Shown here one piece after another: positions 9,938 through 20,794 of a stretch of DNA of 64,000 nucleotides (position 1 is its first letter; every line of letters starts with the position of its first letter). The stretch is from Candidatus Latescibacterota bacterium. GTDB taxonomy: Bacteria; Latescibacterota; UBA2968; UBA8231. The notes beneath the pieces are model-generated. The model worked only from the letters and a program-made list of their open reading frames with translations, made no database searches and was not told the DNA's origin. The stretch lies in the NCBI GenBank assembly GCA_965243025.1, contig CBDETY010000003.1, positions 416,001-480,000 of the forward strand, read 5' to 3'. The translations under genes and the position numbers were made by a program.

Positions 9938-10744
9938 CTAAGCATCATCCATCGTCGGGGTATTGTTGTCGCAGCGGACCGGCCGGAAGAGGGTCTTCCG
10001 TTTGAAGGGCATCTCCTCGAGGTGCCTGGGATGCGGTTCCCAGCTGTGCCACTTGTTGCCGACGGTGTTGTAGCAGTTGAAGATCGCAACCCGGTCGACG
10101 CTCTCCTCCGTCCACCTGGCCCCGGTATGTGTAATCGCCTCGGTGAAGAACAGCAGGGAGCCGGCGGGGCAGGTGTAATCCTCCCACAACGGGGAGCCGG
10201 GATCCGCGGTCGACTGCGGGGCGGGGAACGCCCCCTTGTGGCTGCCGGTAAGGAACCGGGTTCCGCCGCAGCCCTTGCGGACCGGGTTCAGCTCCCAGAC
10301 GACGCGCGTCAAACCGCTGTGGGCCTTGTCGTACTGCAGGTGGTAGGTATGCGAGTTGCCGGGAAAGTTCAGCATCCCGCGCCCGCCGTGAGGCCGGAAG
10401 TTGTCGTGCCCGTTGGCGCGGATGGTCAGAAACGTGCTTTCCTGCCGGAATCCATAGCAGTTCTCGTTGGCGTAGCCGGAAGCGAGGAACTCGTTCATGA
10501 ATCCGAGAACCGCCGGATGGTCGGTCAGGCTTTCCAGGGGACCCCCGATGGAATAGCGGTGGTGCCCGGGAATCGAACGTGGTTCTCGTTTTAGCCGGTA
10601 GCAGAACTCCCGCATCTCCTGAATCTCGGATTCGTTTAGGACGCCGGGGATCAAAAGCCACCCTCGGGTATCGAAGAGAAAGCGGTGTTCTTCCGTCAGG
10701 GGGATCTGCGGCAGATTGTCGGCATTCGTTTCGGGATTCGGCAT
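9938..10744 (-). CDS. Phytanoyl-CoA dioxygenase (PhyH) family protein
   Basis: FDTRGWLLIPGVL, GGTRFLTGSHK, AGSLLFFTEAITH. Confidence 0.8.
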   Translation of the reverse strand: MPNPETNADNLPQIPLTEEHRFLFDTRGWLLIPGVLNESEIQEMREFCYRLKREPRSIPGHHRYSIGGPLESLTDHPAVLGFMNEFLASGYANENCYGFRQESTFLTIRANGHDNFRPHGGRGMLNFPGNSHTYHLQYDKAHSGLTRVVWELNPVRKGCGGTRFLTGSHKGAFPAPQSTADPGSPLWEDYTCPAGSLLFFTEAITHTGARWTEESVDRVAIFNCYNTVGNKWHSWEPHPRHLEEMPFKRKTLFRPVRCDNNTPTMDDA

Positions 10745-10773
10745 GATGAGGATAACCTCCAGGTCAGGCTCGG

Positions 10774-11010
10774 TTATAACTGGTCATATACTTCCGGCTC
10801 TACGTCCGGCACATTTCCCAGAACAGCCTCGAACCGTTCCCGGTTACCCCGTCTGGCGCGGTCTTTCAGGTACTCGACCGTCATCAGAGCGGACACCTTT
10901 TCCGTCACTGCCAAGGTGATGAACTGATTCATGGAAATCCCCTCCCCTTCCGCCATTTTCTTGATCCGCTTGTGCAGTGAGTCGGGCAATCGAACGCTCA
11001 GCGTGCTCAT
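10774..11010 (-). CDS. Ribbon-helix-helix (CopG/HicB-like) antitoxin
   Basis: MSTLSVRLPDSLHK...EGISMNQFI; overlaps PIN gene. Confidence 0.85.
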   Translation of the reverse strand: MSTLSVRLPDSLHKRIKKMAEGEGISMNQFITLAVTEKVSALMTVEYLKDRARRGNRERFEAVLGNVPDVEPEVYDQL

Positions 11011-11435
11011 GGCAATGCTCCTGTCCTTTCCAGAAATTCTTTGGCGGTTACCGCCTCGATTCCAAATCTCTCAACACCCCTGAAGTCCCGTTTGTTATAC
11101 GTCACGATATACTTGCATCCTGCCCTGACGGCCAATTCGAGAAACATATCATCCCGTGGATCCGGAAGGCAGGGGCGCCACAGGAAGTGTATCTCGTGCA
11201 AATTGGCCACCGAACACAGATAGTCGAGAAAATCTGCAATACCGTCCTGCGTAACCTGAAGATCTTTTCCCTGTTTCCGGAGAGCCTCTTCGTATTCCAG
11301 GACAACCGGAACGGAGAGATTGACCTCGAACGGGCCCTTGTCGATCAAGGAGATCAGCCAGAAGGAAGCGCCTCTCCTGGAGCGAAGCGCGGCCACGAGA
11401 ATGTTGGTATCCAGGACAATTGGGGCAGACTCCAT
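11007..11435 (-). CDS. PIN-domain toxin (putative TA toxin)
   Basis: IVLDTNILVAAL, DPRDDMFLELA, IVTYNKRDF; alternative start 11453. Confidence 0.88.
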   Translation of the reverse strand: MESAPIVLDTNILVAALRSRRGASFWLISLIDKGPFEVNLSVPVVLEYEEALRKQGKDLQVTQDGIADFLDYLCSVANLHEIHFLWRPCLPDPRDDMFLELAVRAGCKYIVTYNKRDFRGVERFGIEAVTAKEFLERTGALP

Positions 11436-11572
11436 GGTGGTATTATATGCCATACCAAATTTGGCGCAACGGATCAGGAAATCACCCGTCCCCGGTGCAG
11501 GATACCCACCGGGTTATTGGTTTCCTGGCATGGGTGTGGTTTCGTTGAGCAGGCGGTAGCTGGACTCGCTCT

Positions 11573-11629
11573 GTAGCTCTTGCGCCGCATCAGGGTGCGG
11601 AATGCAACGAGCAGGTTAATTCGCAGCAT
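11573..11629 (-). pseudogene. N-terminal stub of an additional ABC permease
   Basis: SD AAGGAG + MLRINLLVAFRTLMRRKSY, resembling the N-terminus of the neighbouring permease (MLRNYLLITLRNLRRQKLY). Confidence 0.6.
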
Positions 11630-11669
11630 CCAATCTCCTTCGCCTGTGGTTGCGATTGAGCCTGAAGAA

Positions 11670-14081
11670 TTACTCCGAACGAAGGGCATTCACCGGATTG
11701 GCTTGCGCTGCCCTGAACGTGTGATACGAGGCGGTGAGCCAGGCGGTCGCAAGCGCCACGAGACCACCTGCAACGAACAACCCCAATCCCGGATCGATGC
11801 GATAGGCAAAACCCTGCAGCCAGCGGTCGGCGGCAAAGAAGACGATGGGCCATGCAATCAGGTTGGCCAGCAGGATCAGGCGGGTGAAATCCCTCGAAAG
11901 CAGAACGACCACGGACAGGCTGGTCGCACCCAACACCTTGCGGATGCCTATCTCCCTGTTGCGCTTCTGCACCGTGAAAGCCGTCAGACCGAAGAGGCCC
12001 AGGCAGGCGAGGAACACGGCGAGTCCGGAGAAAACGGCGAAGATGCGGCCCATGCGTTCCTCCGAGTCATACAGGGCGTCGAGCCGCTCGTCGACGAAGT
12101 GGTAGTCGAAGGGGAAGGGATCGTTGTGCGATCGCAGGGTCTTACGGATGAACTCAATCCCCTGTTGTGGATTTCCCGGGGCAAGGCGCAATACCGCATA
12201 GGCAGGGCTGAAGCTGCCGTTCACTGCGTTTTCCGGCATGGCGATCACCAGGGGCTCGATCGGTTGGTGCAGGGAACCGAAGTGGAAGTCGGCTACGACC
12301 CCGACGACCGTCGCCGCACCTGCATCACCTTGACTTTCCAGTCGGGCCCCGACTGCGGACTCAGGGCCGAGAAGACGGGCCATCGATTCGTTGGCCAGTA
12401 AAGCGTGCTTCGGGTCGTCGGCGTGATCTCTGGAGAAGGAACGGCCTTCGAGCACCCGCATGCCCATGGCATCGACGAAGTCGTAGTCCACCCAGAGCAT
12501 CGTGACCTGCAACGTCTCCGAATCCGGCCCCGTCGTTTTGAGGTCGGACTTGTTGATCACGTAGCCCGGTTCCTGCGAACAGCGTCCGACGGCCGTGACG
12601 AGTGGGCTCGCCAGGAGGTCCTGGCGCACAGGCTCGAACTGCCGCCGGATTGCATCTGAACGGGTGGTGAAGACGATCAGGTGGTCCTTGTCGAAACCGA
12701 GGGATTTCGAGCGCAGGAAGGCGAGCTGCTCGCCGACGATGAGGGTCGCCGCCAGCAAACCGATGGAAACGGTGAACTGAGTCACTACGAGGATGCTTCG
12801 CAGTCCGACCGACCGGCCGGACCGGTCGATCATCCGCTTGAGTGCCCGGACCGGGGTGAAGGCGGACATCTGCAGGGCGGGGTAGAAGCCGGCGCAGAGC
12901 CCCGTAACGAGCGCCATTCCGGACATCGCCAACAGAATCTGCGGGTTCTCCGGCAGGTTCAGCGCAAGTTTCATTCCCGTCAGCTCGTTGAACCACGGCG
13001 TCACCATCTTCATGATGAACAGCGCAACACCCAGCGAAGCGAAGCTCAGAATGATCGCTTCCCCGATGAACTGACGGGCGAGCTGGCCGCGGTATGCTCC
13101 CACCGCTTTGCGCACCCCAACCTCCAGCACGCGCTCCGAGGATTGTGCTGTCGCGAGATTGGTGAAATTGATGATCGCCAGAAGCAACAGGAAAACGGCA
13201 ACCGCGCTGTAAGCGTAGATATGGGCTATGTCGCCGCTCGTGCTGCCGATGTTGGCGTAAAAGTCGGAATGCAGGTGCACGTCGACGATGGGCTGCAATC
13301 CATAGCTGACGTCATGGTTCATCTGCCTGTAAAGCTCACCCATCTGTCCTTGAACGATGGCGTTCATCTGCTCGACAATCCGTTCCCCGTCAGCTCCCAT
13401 TCTGACACGCAAGTAGGTCGGATAGCTGTGGTCGTACCATCTCTTTTCCAGAGGGAACTGGTCCACACCAGTCCCCGAAGCGGCGGCCAGCAGGTCGAAC
13501 CTGAGGTGGGAATTGGTCGGGAAATCGCGCACGACGGCGCGAACCACATGCTCTCCCTCGTTGAGCGGCCGGCCTGTGGGGTCCAGGTCGCCGAAATACC
13601 GCTCTGCAGTGCTCTCCGAGAGCACGACCGCCTTGGGGTCGGCAAGCGCCGTCCTGGGGTCGCCGTGCACGAACTCGAAACTCAACACGTCGAATAGCTC
13701 CGGGTCCGCCCAGAAGAATCGATCATCGAAATAGACGTCGTTGCCGACGCGCACTACCGGCTTGACTCCCCCCACGAACAAGGGTTGCCACACCCGGCTG
13801 ACCGCTTCAACCTCGGGGACCTGCTCGCGAAGGGCGGCCGCCAGGGCGGCTGGGGCGATCGGTGCCTTTCCGTCAAAACTTTCCGAGCGTATCTCCACGA
13901 CGACGCGGAAAATGCGCTCCGCTCCGTGGTGAAACCGGTCGTAGCCGAATTCGTGGCGGACGAAGAGCAGGATGAGCGCGAAACCCGCCATGCCGATTGC
14001 CAGGCCCGCTGTATTGACCGTTGCATACAGTTTCTGCCGGCGGAGGTTGCGCAGGGTAATCAGGAGGTAGTTGCGCAGCAT
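11670..14081 (-). CDS. MacB/FtsX-like ABC transporter permease (duplicated domains)
   Basis: INFTNLATA..ER..EVGVRKAVGA, LACLGLFGL...R.REIGIRKVLGA, NPVNALRSE. Confidence 0.92.
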   Translation of the reverse strand: MLRNYLLITLRNLRRQKLYATVNTAGLAIGMAGFALILLFVRHEFGYDRFHHGAERIFRVVVEIRSESFDGKAPIAPAALAAALREQVPEVEAVSRVWQPLFVGGVKPVVRVGNDVYFDDRFFWADPELFDVLSFEFVHGDPRTALADPKAVVLSESTAERYFGDLDPTGRPLNEGEHVVRAVVRDFPTNSHLRFDLLAAASGTGVDQFPLEKRWYDHSYPTYLRVRMGADGERIVEQMNAIVQGQMGELYRQMNHDVSYGLQPIVDVHLHSDFYANIGSTSGDIAHIYAYSAVAVFLLLLAIINFTNLATAQSSERVLEVGVRKAVGAYRGQLARQFIGEAIILSFASLGVALFIMKMVTPWFNELTGMKLALNLPENPQILLAMSGMALVTGLCAGFYPALQMSAFTPVRALKRMIDRSGRSVGLRSILVVTQFTVSIGLLAATLIVGEQLAFLRSKSLGFDKDHLIVFTTRSDAIRRQFEPVRQDLLASPLVTAVGRCSQEPGYVINKSDLKTTGPDSETLQVTMLWVDYDFVDAMGMRVLEGRSFSRDHADDPKHALLANESMARLLGPESAVGARLESQGDAGAATVVGVVADFHFGSLHQPIEPLVIAMPENAVNGSFSPAYAVLRLAPGNPQQGIEFIRKTLRSHNDPFPFDYHFVDERLDALYDSEERMGRIFAVFSGLAVFLACLGLFGLTAFTVQKRNREIGIRKVLGATSLSVVVLLSRDFTRLILLANLIAWPIVFFAADRWLQGFAYRIDPGLGLFVAGGLVALATAWLTASYHTFRAAQANPVNALRSE

Positions 14082-14121
14082 GGTCGCGTCTTCGTGGAAT
14101 ACCAGGTCACAGTTCCGGTCA

Positions 14122-14271
14122 CTACCCGTACCTGAGGGCGTCGGCCGGGTTGGTCCGCGCCGCCAGCCAGGTCTGCCCGCTGACGGTCGCCCGTCCGACG
14201 GCGTTGATCAGCGAGATCGTCCTGTTTCGCCCCAGCACGCGCAGGGCAATGGTCAGGTTGCTCTTCCACAT
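14122..14271 (-). pseudogene. Internally deleted ABC permease mini-gene (49 aa)
   Basis: MWKSNLTIALRVLGRNRTISLINAVG (permease N-terminus) fused in frame to RATVSGQTWLAARTNPADALRYG (permease C-terminus). Confidence 0.75.
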
Positions 14272-14303
14272 GGTCCCGTTCCTTGCAGTTCCCCCGGTCC
14301 CCT

Positions 14304-15029
14304 TCAGCGCTCCCCGGCGATGTTCTCGGTCACGACCCTGCCGTCGAACAGGTGGATGACCCGGTGGGCGAAGTCGGCGTAGGCCGGCGAGTGCGTCACC
14401 ATCACCACCGTGGTGCCGTTCCGGTTCATCTCGGTGAGCATCTCCATGACCTCGTCTCCGTGGCGCGAGTCGAGGTTGCCCGTCGGCTCGTCGGCGAGCA
14501 CCAGTTTCGGCTCCGAGACCAGCGCCCTCGCCACCGCAACCCGCTGCTGCTGCCCCCCCGACAGCTGCTGCGGAAAGTGCTTGCCGCGGTGGGTGATCTG
14601 CATCTGGTCGAGGATCGACTTCACCCGCTCCCGGCGTTCCCGGCCCGGCAGGCCCATGTAGAGCAGGGGCAGCTCGACGTTCTCGTGGACGGTCAGCTCG
14701 TTGATCAGGTTGTAGGACTGGAAGACGAAGCCGATGGTCCCCTTGCGCAGGTTCGCCCGCAGGCGCTCGGAGTAGGTCGAGACCTCTTCCTCCAGCAGCC
14801 AGTATTCCCCCCCGGTCGGGTTGTCGAGCAGGCCCAGCAGGTTGAGCAGCGTCGACTTGCCGCAGCCGGACGGCCCCATGACGGCGGCGAACTCCCCGTC
14901 GGCGATCTCGAGGTTGACGTTGTCGAGGGCGGTCGTCTCCACCTCCTCGGTGGTGTAGACCTTGCGCAGCCCCACGGTGCGGATCAGCGTTGCCTTGCCG
15001 TTTCCGGTGTTCGCCGCGTGTTCGGCCAT
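14304..15029 (-). CDS. ABC transporter ATP-binding protein (LolD/MacB-like)
   Basis: GPSGCGKS, LSGGQQQRV, LADEPTGNLD, VTH. Confidence 0.95.
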   Translation of the reverse strand: MAEHAANTGNGKATLIRTVGLRKVYTTEEVETTALDNVNLEIADGEFAAVMGPSGCGKSTLLNLLGLLDNPTGGEYWLLEEEVSTYSERLRANLRKGTIGFVFQSYNLINELTVHENVELPLLYMGLPGRERRERVKSILDQMQITHRGKHFPQQLSGGQQQRVAVARALVSEPKLVLADEPTGNLDSRHGDEVMEMLTEMNRNGTTVVMVTHSPAYADFAHRVIHLFDGRVVTENIAGER

Positions 15030-15054
15030 CTTGCTCTTCTCCGTCAGTGTGCGC

Positions 15055-16317
15055 TTACCGCAGCACCAGCACGTCGATGTTTTCCCCGAAGCTCTCGTAG
15101 CTCGAGGTGATCACCCGCTCCCCCGGCTCGAGTCCCTCCAGCACCTCGTAGACCCGGGGGTTCTGGCGCCCGAGCCTGATGGAGCGCCGCGCCGCCCGAT
15201 CGCCGGAGGCGTCGAGCACGTAGGCCCAGTGGCCCCCGGTCGACTGGTAGAACCCGCCGCGCGCCACCTGCACCGCCTCCTCGAGGTTGCCCAGCTCCAG
15301 GCGCACGAGCAGGGTCTGGCCGCGGCGGATCCCCCCGGGCGCTTCCCCCTCGAACAGGAGGTCGACCTCGAAACCGCCCTCCCTGACCTCGGGGTAGACC
15401 TTGCTGACCACAAGGCCGTACGGCTGTTCGCCGCTGTCGAAGCTGCCCCGCTGCCCGCGGCCGACGCGGCCGATGTAATGCTCGTCGATGGTTGCCCGCA
15501 CCTTGAAGCCCTCGGTCATGTCGATCTGTCCAAGCCGCGCTCCCGCACCCTTGCTCTCTCCGACCTCGGCGTCCAGCGAGGTCAGCTGCCCGGCCACCGG
15601 GGCCCGCACCGTCAGGTTGTCCAGCCGCCGCCGGACGATTTCGAGATCCCGTTCAGTGCGCTCCACCGCCGAGACCAGCTGCGCCACCTTGCTCGCCGCC
15701 AGCAGCGAATCCTGAGTCTGAGTCTCCCGGGTCAGGGCCATGCGGCGGGAGCTGTACTCGTACTCGTCGCGCAGGCGCTCGTATTCCTGGCGCGACATGA
15801 TGGCCGCCAGATCCTCCTCCGGCAGGTCCTGGTAGCGCTCGAAGTTGCGCTTGTCCAGGGCGAGCCGGTACTCGATCTCCATCAGCGTTTTCCGCGAGGC
15901 CAGCATGTTCTGCTCCATGGTCAGGCGGCCGTTGAGCAGCTCCTCCCTGCTGCGCTCCAGCCCGGCCTCCTGCTGCAGGATGGTCAGCTCGAGGTCGGGG
16001 TTGGCGAGGCGCAGCAGCGGGTCTCCAACCGCCACCGCGGTCCCCTCCTCGGCGAACACCTGCACCACCTGACCGCTCTCCAGGGCGTCGAGGTACACGG
16101 TGCGCAGCGGCACCACCGTGCCCCGCACCGGGATGTACTCCAGAAACGGGCGGAGCTCGACCGCCGACAGGGTCAGCCTTTCGCGCTCGACGTTCAGCCT
16201 GCGCACTCCGAAATCGGCGAGCAGGGCGTAACCGCACAGACCGGCCAGCAGCAGGAGCGCGGCGCCCAGGGCGACCCGCCGCGGGGTGAAGCGCCGCTTC
16301 TCGAGTCTGCGGTCCAT
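15055..16317 (-). CDS. Efflux periplasmic adaptor (HlyD/MacA-like)
   Basis: MDRRLEK + TM helix, VRAPVAGQL, EVLEGLEPGERVITS; GGAGG upstream of 16317 (alternative start 16407). Confidence 0.88.
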   Translation of the reverse strand: MDRRLEKRRFTPRRVALGAALLLLAGLCGYALLADFGVRRLNVERERLTLSAVELRPFLEYIPVRGTVVPLRTVYLDALESGQVVQVFAEEGTAVAVGDPLLRLANPDLELTILQQEAGLERSREELLNGRLTMEQNMLASRKTLMEIEYRLALDKRNFERYQDLPEEDLAAIMSRQEYERLRDEYEYSSRRMALTRETQTQDSLLAASKVAQLVSAVERTERDLEIVRRRLDNLTVRAPVAGQLTSLDAEVGESKGAGARLGQIDMTEGFKVRATIDEHYIGRVGRGQRGSFDSGEQPYGLVVSKVYPEVREGGFEVDLLFEGEAPGGIRRGQTLLVRLELGNLEEAVQVARGGFYQSTGGHWAYVLDASGDRAARRSIRLGRQNPRVYEVLEGLEPGERVITSSYESFGENIDVLVLR

Positions 16318-16450
16318 GCCGAGGCCTCCCCCGGGGCGGGTGCTGCCGGGGTCGGATTCGATGGGCTCGGCGCGCTCCCTGGGGAAGATCCGGATATTCG
16401 CAGGCATGATATTTTCTGCTGTATCTTGACGCAGTCCTCAATGCCGCCAA

Positions 16451-16466
16451 AGCAAGATGCGTGCTA
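16451..16466 (-). promoter_or_regulatory. Candidate sigma54 -24/-12 promoter for the exporter operon
   Basis: Minus strand TAGCAC-GCATC-TTGCT vs consensus TGGCAC-N5-TTGCW (one mismatch, in the -24 GG); divergent NtrC-type activator adjacent. Confidence 0.55.
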
Positions 16467-16533
16467 TGTCACCTAACTTTCATAAAAACAACGGGATGAA
16501 ACGAATCGCCCCGACGGAGGGGAGGCCCCTGGC

Positions 16534-16571
16534 CGTCCGCTGGCGATACACCGGGTGTCCGCTGGCGTACA
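16534..16571. promoter_or_regulatory. Candidate tandem enhancer (UAS) boxes for the NtrC-type regulator
   Basis: CGTCCGCTGGCGATACA and TGTCCGCTGGCGTACA (TGT-N10-ACA-like) about 70-105 bp upstream of the sigma54 motif. Confidence 0.55.
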
Positions 16572-16757
16572 CCTGGACCCCTGCCGGGGATTCCTCCAGC
16601 CCTTGCAAGTGGCCGCTGCGCGACCCCCGGGCTCGTCAATTTTCAAAAGCTTCCCGGTTCCCGCGCTGGAATTTCCGCGTTTCCAAGCCTGGCCTGGGTT
16701 GGGGGGCTTTCCACGGCCGCAGCCGGGAATTCCCCCGGCCGCGCCACATGATCTTCC

Positions 16758-18134
<1,377 letters not shown>

Positions 18135-18281
18135 GAAGCCTTCTCCGCGGGTAGCAACAGCCCTTGGAGGTTTAACTGCACACCGGATTTCAGCAGAATC
18201 CGATCTATCCTCTTTTTGGCAGGCTGAGGCATTGTAGAGTAGGTTCAATTATGGTGGTGGAAGTAACCTGAAGGAGGCCGC

Positions 18282-18482
18282 ATGACCGATCTACAGACTG
18301 AAAAAACCGCAAGACCAGCAGCGCGCACAGACATGACCCAACATCAGGGAAATACCACGGCACGACGACTCTTGTCTGCCTGGTTGGCCGACGAATCCGG
18401 CTATGAAGAGGCAACGTGGTCCAACCTCAAGCAAAATCTGGAGGCCAACCGCTCTGGTCATAGAAAGCTCTTCAGTGCCTGA
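18282..18482 (+). CDS. Putative antitoxin (small protein upstream of PIN gene)
   Basis: SD AAGGAGG; LLSAWLADESGYEEATW; overlaps PIN start. Confidence 0.6.
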   Translation: MTDLQTEKTARPAARTDMTQHQGNTTARRLLSAWLADESGYEEATWSNLKQNLEANRSGHRKLFSA

Positions 18483-18901
18483 CGTGCTCTTGTTCGATGC
18501 CGGCGTCCTGGGACAGAGCGTCCCATCCACGGCAGAATCCCGCGTTTGCTCAGTGGTTCGACCAACTGCTGGCCACTGAGACGACGGTTATGATTCCTGA
18601 AATTTCTGACTATGAAGTGCGACGTGAGTTAATCCGCGCTAAACGTGAAACGGGCGTTTGTCGCCTTGACCAACTCCAACAGGCCCTGCAGTACTTGCCT
18701 ATTACCACCACCGTTATGTTGCGCGCCGCCCGGTTATGGGCGGAAGCAAGACAACGAGGTCGCCCGACTGCCGATCCCAAAGAACTGGATTGCGACGTGA
18801 TTCTCGCAGCTCAAGCCCGGGAAGTCGGAGCCACCGTCGTCACGGACAATACCGGCCATCTTTCGCAGTTCGTGGAAGCCAAGAGTTGGCGCGACATCTG
18901 A
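18475..18901 (+). pseudogene. PIN/VapC-like toxin with frameshift near 18515
   Basis: GTG frame gives VLLFDAGVLG, continuing in another frame as SHPR...IPEISDYEVRREL...LDCDVILAAQA...VTDNTGHL. Confidence 0.7.
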
Positions 18902-18902
18902 G

Positions 18903-19161
18903 TGGCTGAAATACTCGATTTCACTGACCCCACATGTTGAGGAACGAGGAAGAGTACGATACTGCCGTCGCGGAAATCGATTCCCTTCTCGACACCGATC
19001 CTCCGCCCGGGTTGGAGGCGTATGACCGGCTGGAGTTCCTGTCGGTCCTGGTGCAGGCATACGAAGAGGCTCATGTGCCTGCTTTCGAGCAGCCTGTGCC
19101 CCAGGAAGTGGTCGATTTTGTCCTGGAGCAGAAGGGGCTTACCAGGACGGATGGCCTCTGA
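18903..19161 (+). pseudogene. Truncated HigA-like antitoxin
   Basis: LRNEEEYDTAVAEID...RLEFLSVLVQAYE...LEQKGLTR; cut before the HTH at the direct repeat. Confidence 0.65.
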
Positions 19162-20518
19162 GGCCCGGGACCTGACGACTCTTCCCCGCCGCCTGATTCA
19201 GGGCTTCCGCTCCTTCCGCGCGCGGATCGTGCTTCGAGTCCTTCTCCTCGGCGCAACCCTGTGGCTGCTGTTCCACACGACCGCAGGAGGATGGAGCTAC
19301 CCTGCGGTAACGGTCGCCGCCGGTCTCCTCCTGCTCTTCCAGATCTTCGGCCTCGTCCGTTTCGTCGACCGCACCAACCGCGAGCTGGCCCGCTTCCTCG
19401 CCGCCATCCGCTACGCCGACTTCTCGCAGACCTTCGGCGCCGGGGGTCTCGGCTCCTCCTTCGACGAGCTGAAGACGGCGTTCAACGAGGTGCTCGACGC
19501 CTTCCGCCTGGCGCGGGCCGAGAAGGAGGAACAGGCGCGCTACCTGCAGACCGTGGTGCAGCACATCGGCGTCGGCCTGCTCGTGTTCGACGGAAACGGC
19601 AGGGTGTCGCTGATCAACAACGCCGCCAAGCGCCTTCTGGGGGTGCCCCGGTTGGGCGAAATCGCCGGTCTCGACCGCGTCAGTGCCAGCCTTGCCACCA
19701 CCCTGAAGAACCTGGGTCCCCGGGGCCGCGACTTGGTGCGCTTCGGGGAGACCCAGCTCGCCCTGCACGCCTCGGTGTTCCGCACCGGGGACCGCGAGCA
19801 CACCCTGGTGGCGCTCCAGGACATCGGTCCCGACCTCGACGAGAAGGAAACGGAGGCCTGGCACAACCTGATCCGCGTTCTCACCCACGAGATCATGAAC
19901 TCCATCACCCCGATCGCCTCGCTGGCCGCCACCGCGGACCGCATGCTGAAGGAAGGGAGCCTCGACGGGGAGACCGCCGGGGACATCCGCACGGCGGTCG
20001 GCACGATTCAGCGCCGCAGCGAGGGCCTGTTGCAGTTCGTCGAGACCTACCGCGGGCTCACCCGGGTGCCGGCGCCATCGTTCGAGATCGTACCGGTGGC
20101 CGGGCTTTTCGCCCGCGTCGAGCAGCTGCTGGGGCCGCAGTTCGCCGAATCGGGTGTCGAGCTGCACACCCGGGTCGATCCCCCCGGCCTCGAGCTCACG
20201 GGGGATCCCGGCCAGGTCGAGCAGGTCCTCATCAACCTGCTGAGCAATGCCCGCGAAGCCACCGAGGGCAGGGACCGGGGGCGAGTCGACCTGAGCGCAT
20301 ACCTGGCGCGCGGGAAGGTGGTCGTCGAGGTCGCCGACAACGGGCCGGGGATCGTCGAGGAAGCCCTCGACAAGCTCTTCATCCCCTTCTTCACGACCAA
20401 GCAGAACGGCTCCGGGATCGGGCTGAGCCTGTGCCGCCAGATCATGAGGCTCCACCGCGGCTCCATCTCGGTGCGCTCGCAACCGGGGGAGCGGACGGTG
20501 TTCTCGCTGCGGTTCTGA
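19151..20518 (+). CDS. Sensor histidine kinase (NtrY-like), likely partner of 16758-18134
   Basis: Two TM helices, LTHEIMNSITPI H-box, DNGPGI, FFTTK..GSGIGLSL. Confidence 0.92.
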   Translation: MASEARDLTTLPRRLIQGFRSFRARIVLRVLLLGATLWLLFHTTAGGWSYPAVTVAAGLLLLFQIFGLVRFVDRTNRELARFLAAIRYADFSQTFGAGGLGSSFDELKTAFNEVLDAFRLARAEKEEQARYLQTVVQHIGVGLLVFDGNGRVSLINNAAKRLLGVPRLGEIAGLDRVSASLATTLKNLGPRGRDLVRFGETQLALHASVFRTGDREHTLVALQDIGPDLDEKETEAWHNLIRVLTHEIMNSITPIASLAATADRMLKEGSLDGETAGDIRTAVGTIQRRSEGLLQFVETYRGLTRVPAPSFEIVPVAGLFARVEQLLGPQFAESGVELHTRVDPPGLELTGDPGQVEQVLINLLSNAREATEGRDRGRVDLSAYLARGKVVVEVADNGPGIVEEALDKLFIPFFTTKQNGSGIGLSLCRQIMRLHRGSISVRSQPGERTVFSLRF

Positions 20519-20634
20519 GCCGATCGGAACAGGGGCGGGATACTTGCAATGTGTAGCAGAGGAAAGCCGGAATACCGAGGCTCCTTCGGGTAGGAGTTGC
20601 GGCGATGCAACAGCCAGCTTTCGCGATGATGGAA

Positions 20635-20730
20635 ATGCGAGGACACTATTTGGAAATTACCTACCGCAAAGGGAAGCCCTTGCCGCATACCTGTATTTAT
20701 CGAAGCCTTCGGATGTGGCAATGCAGCGCT
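20635..20730 (+). pseudogene. Frameshifted DUF2283-like antitoxin relic
   Basis: MRGHYLEITYRKGKP joined by frameshift to LAAYLYLSKP; family assignment from recall. Confidence 0.45.
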
Positions 20731-20794
20731 TACGCCCCTTGCCTCATGGGTATCTTTTTTCCTTACCGGTCGGTAACCGACCCGACACTTGGGC

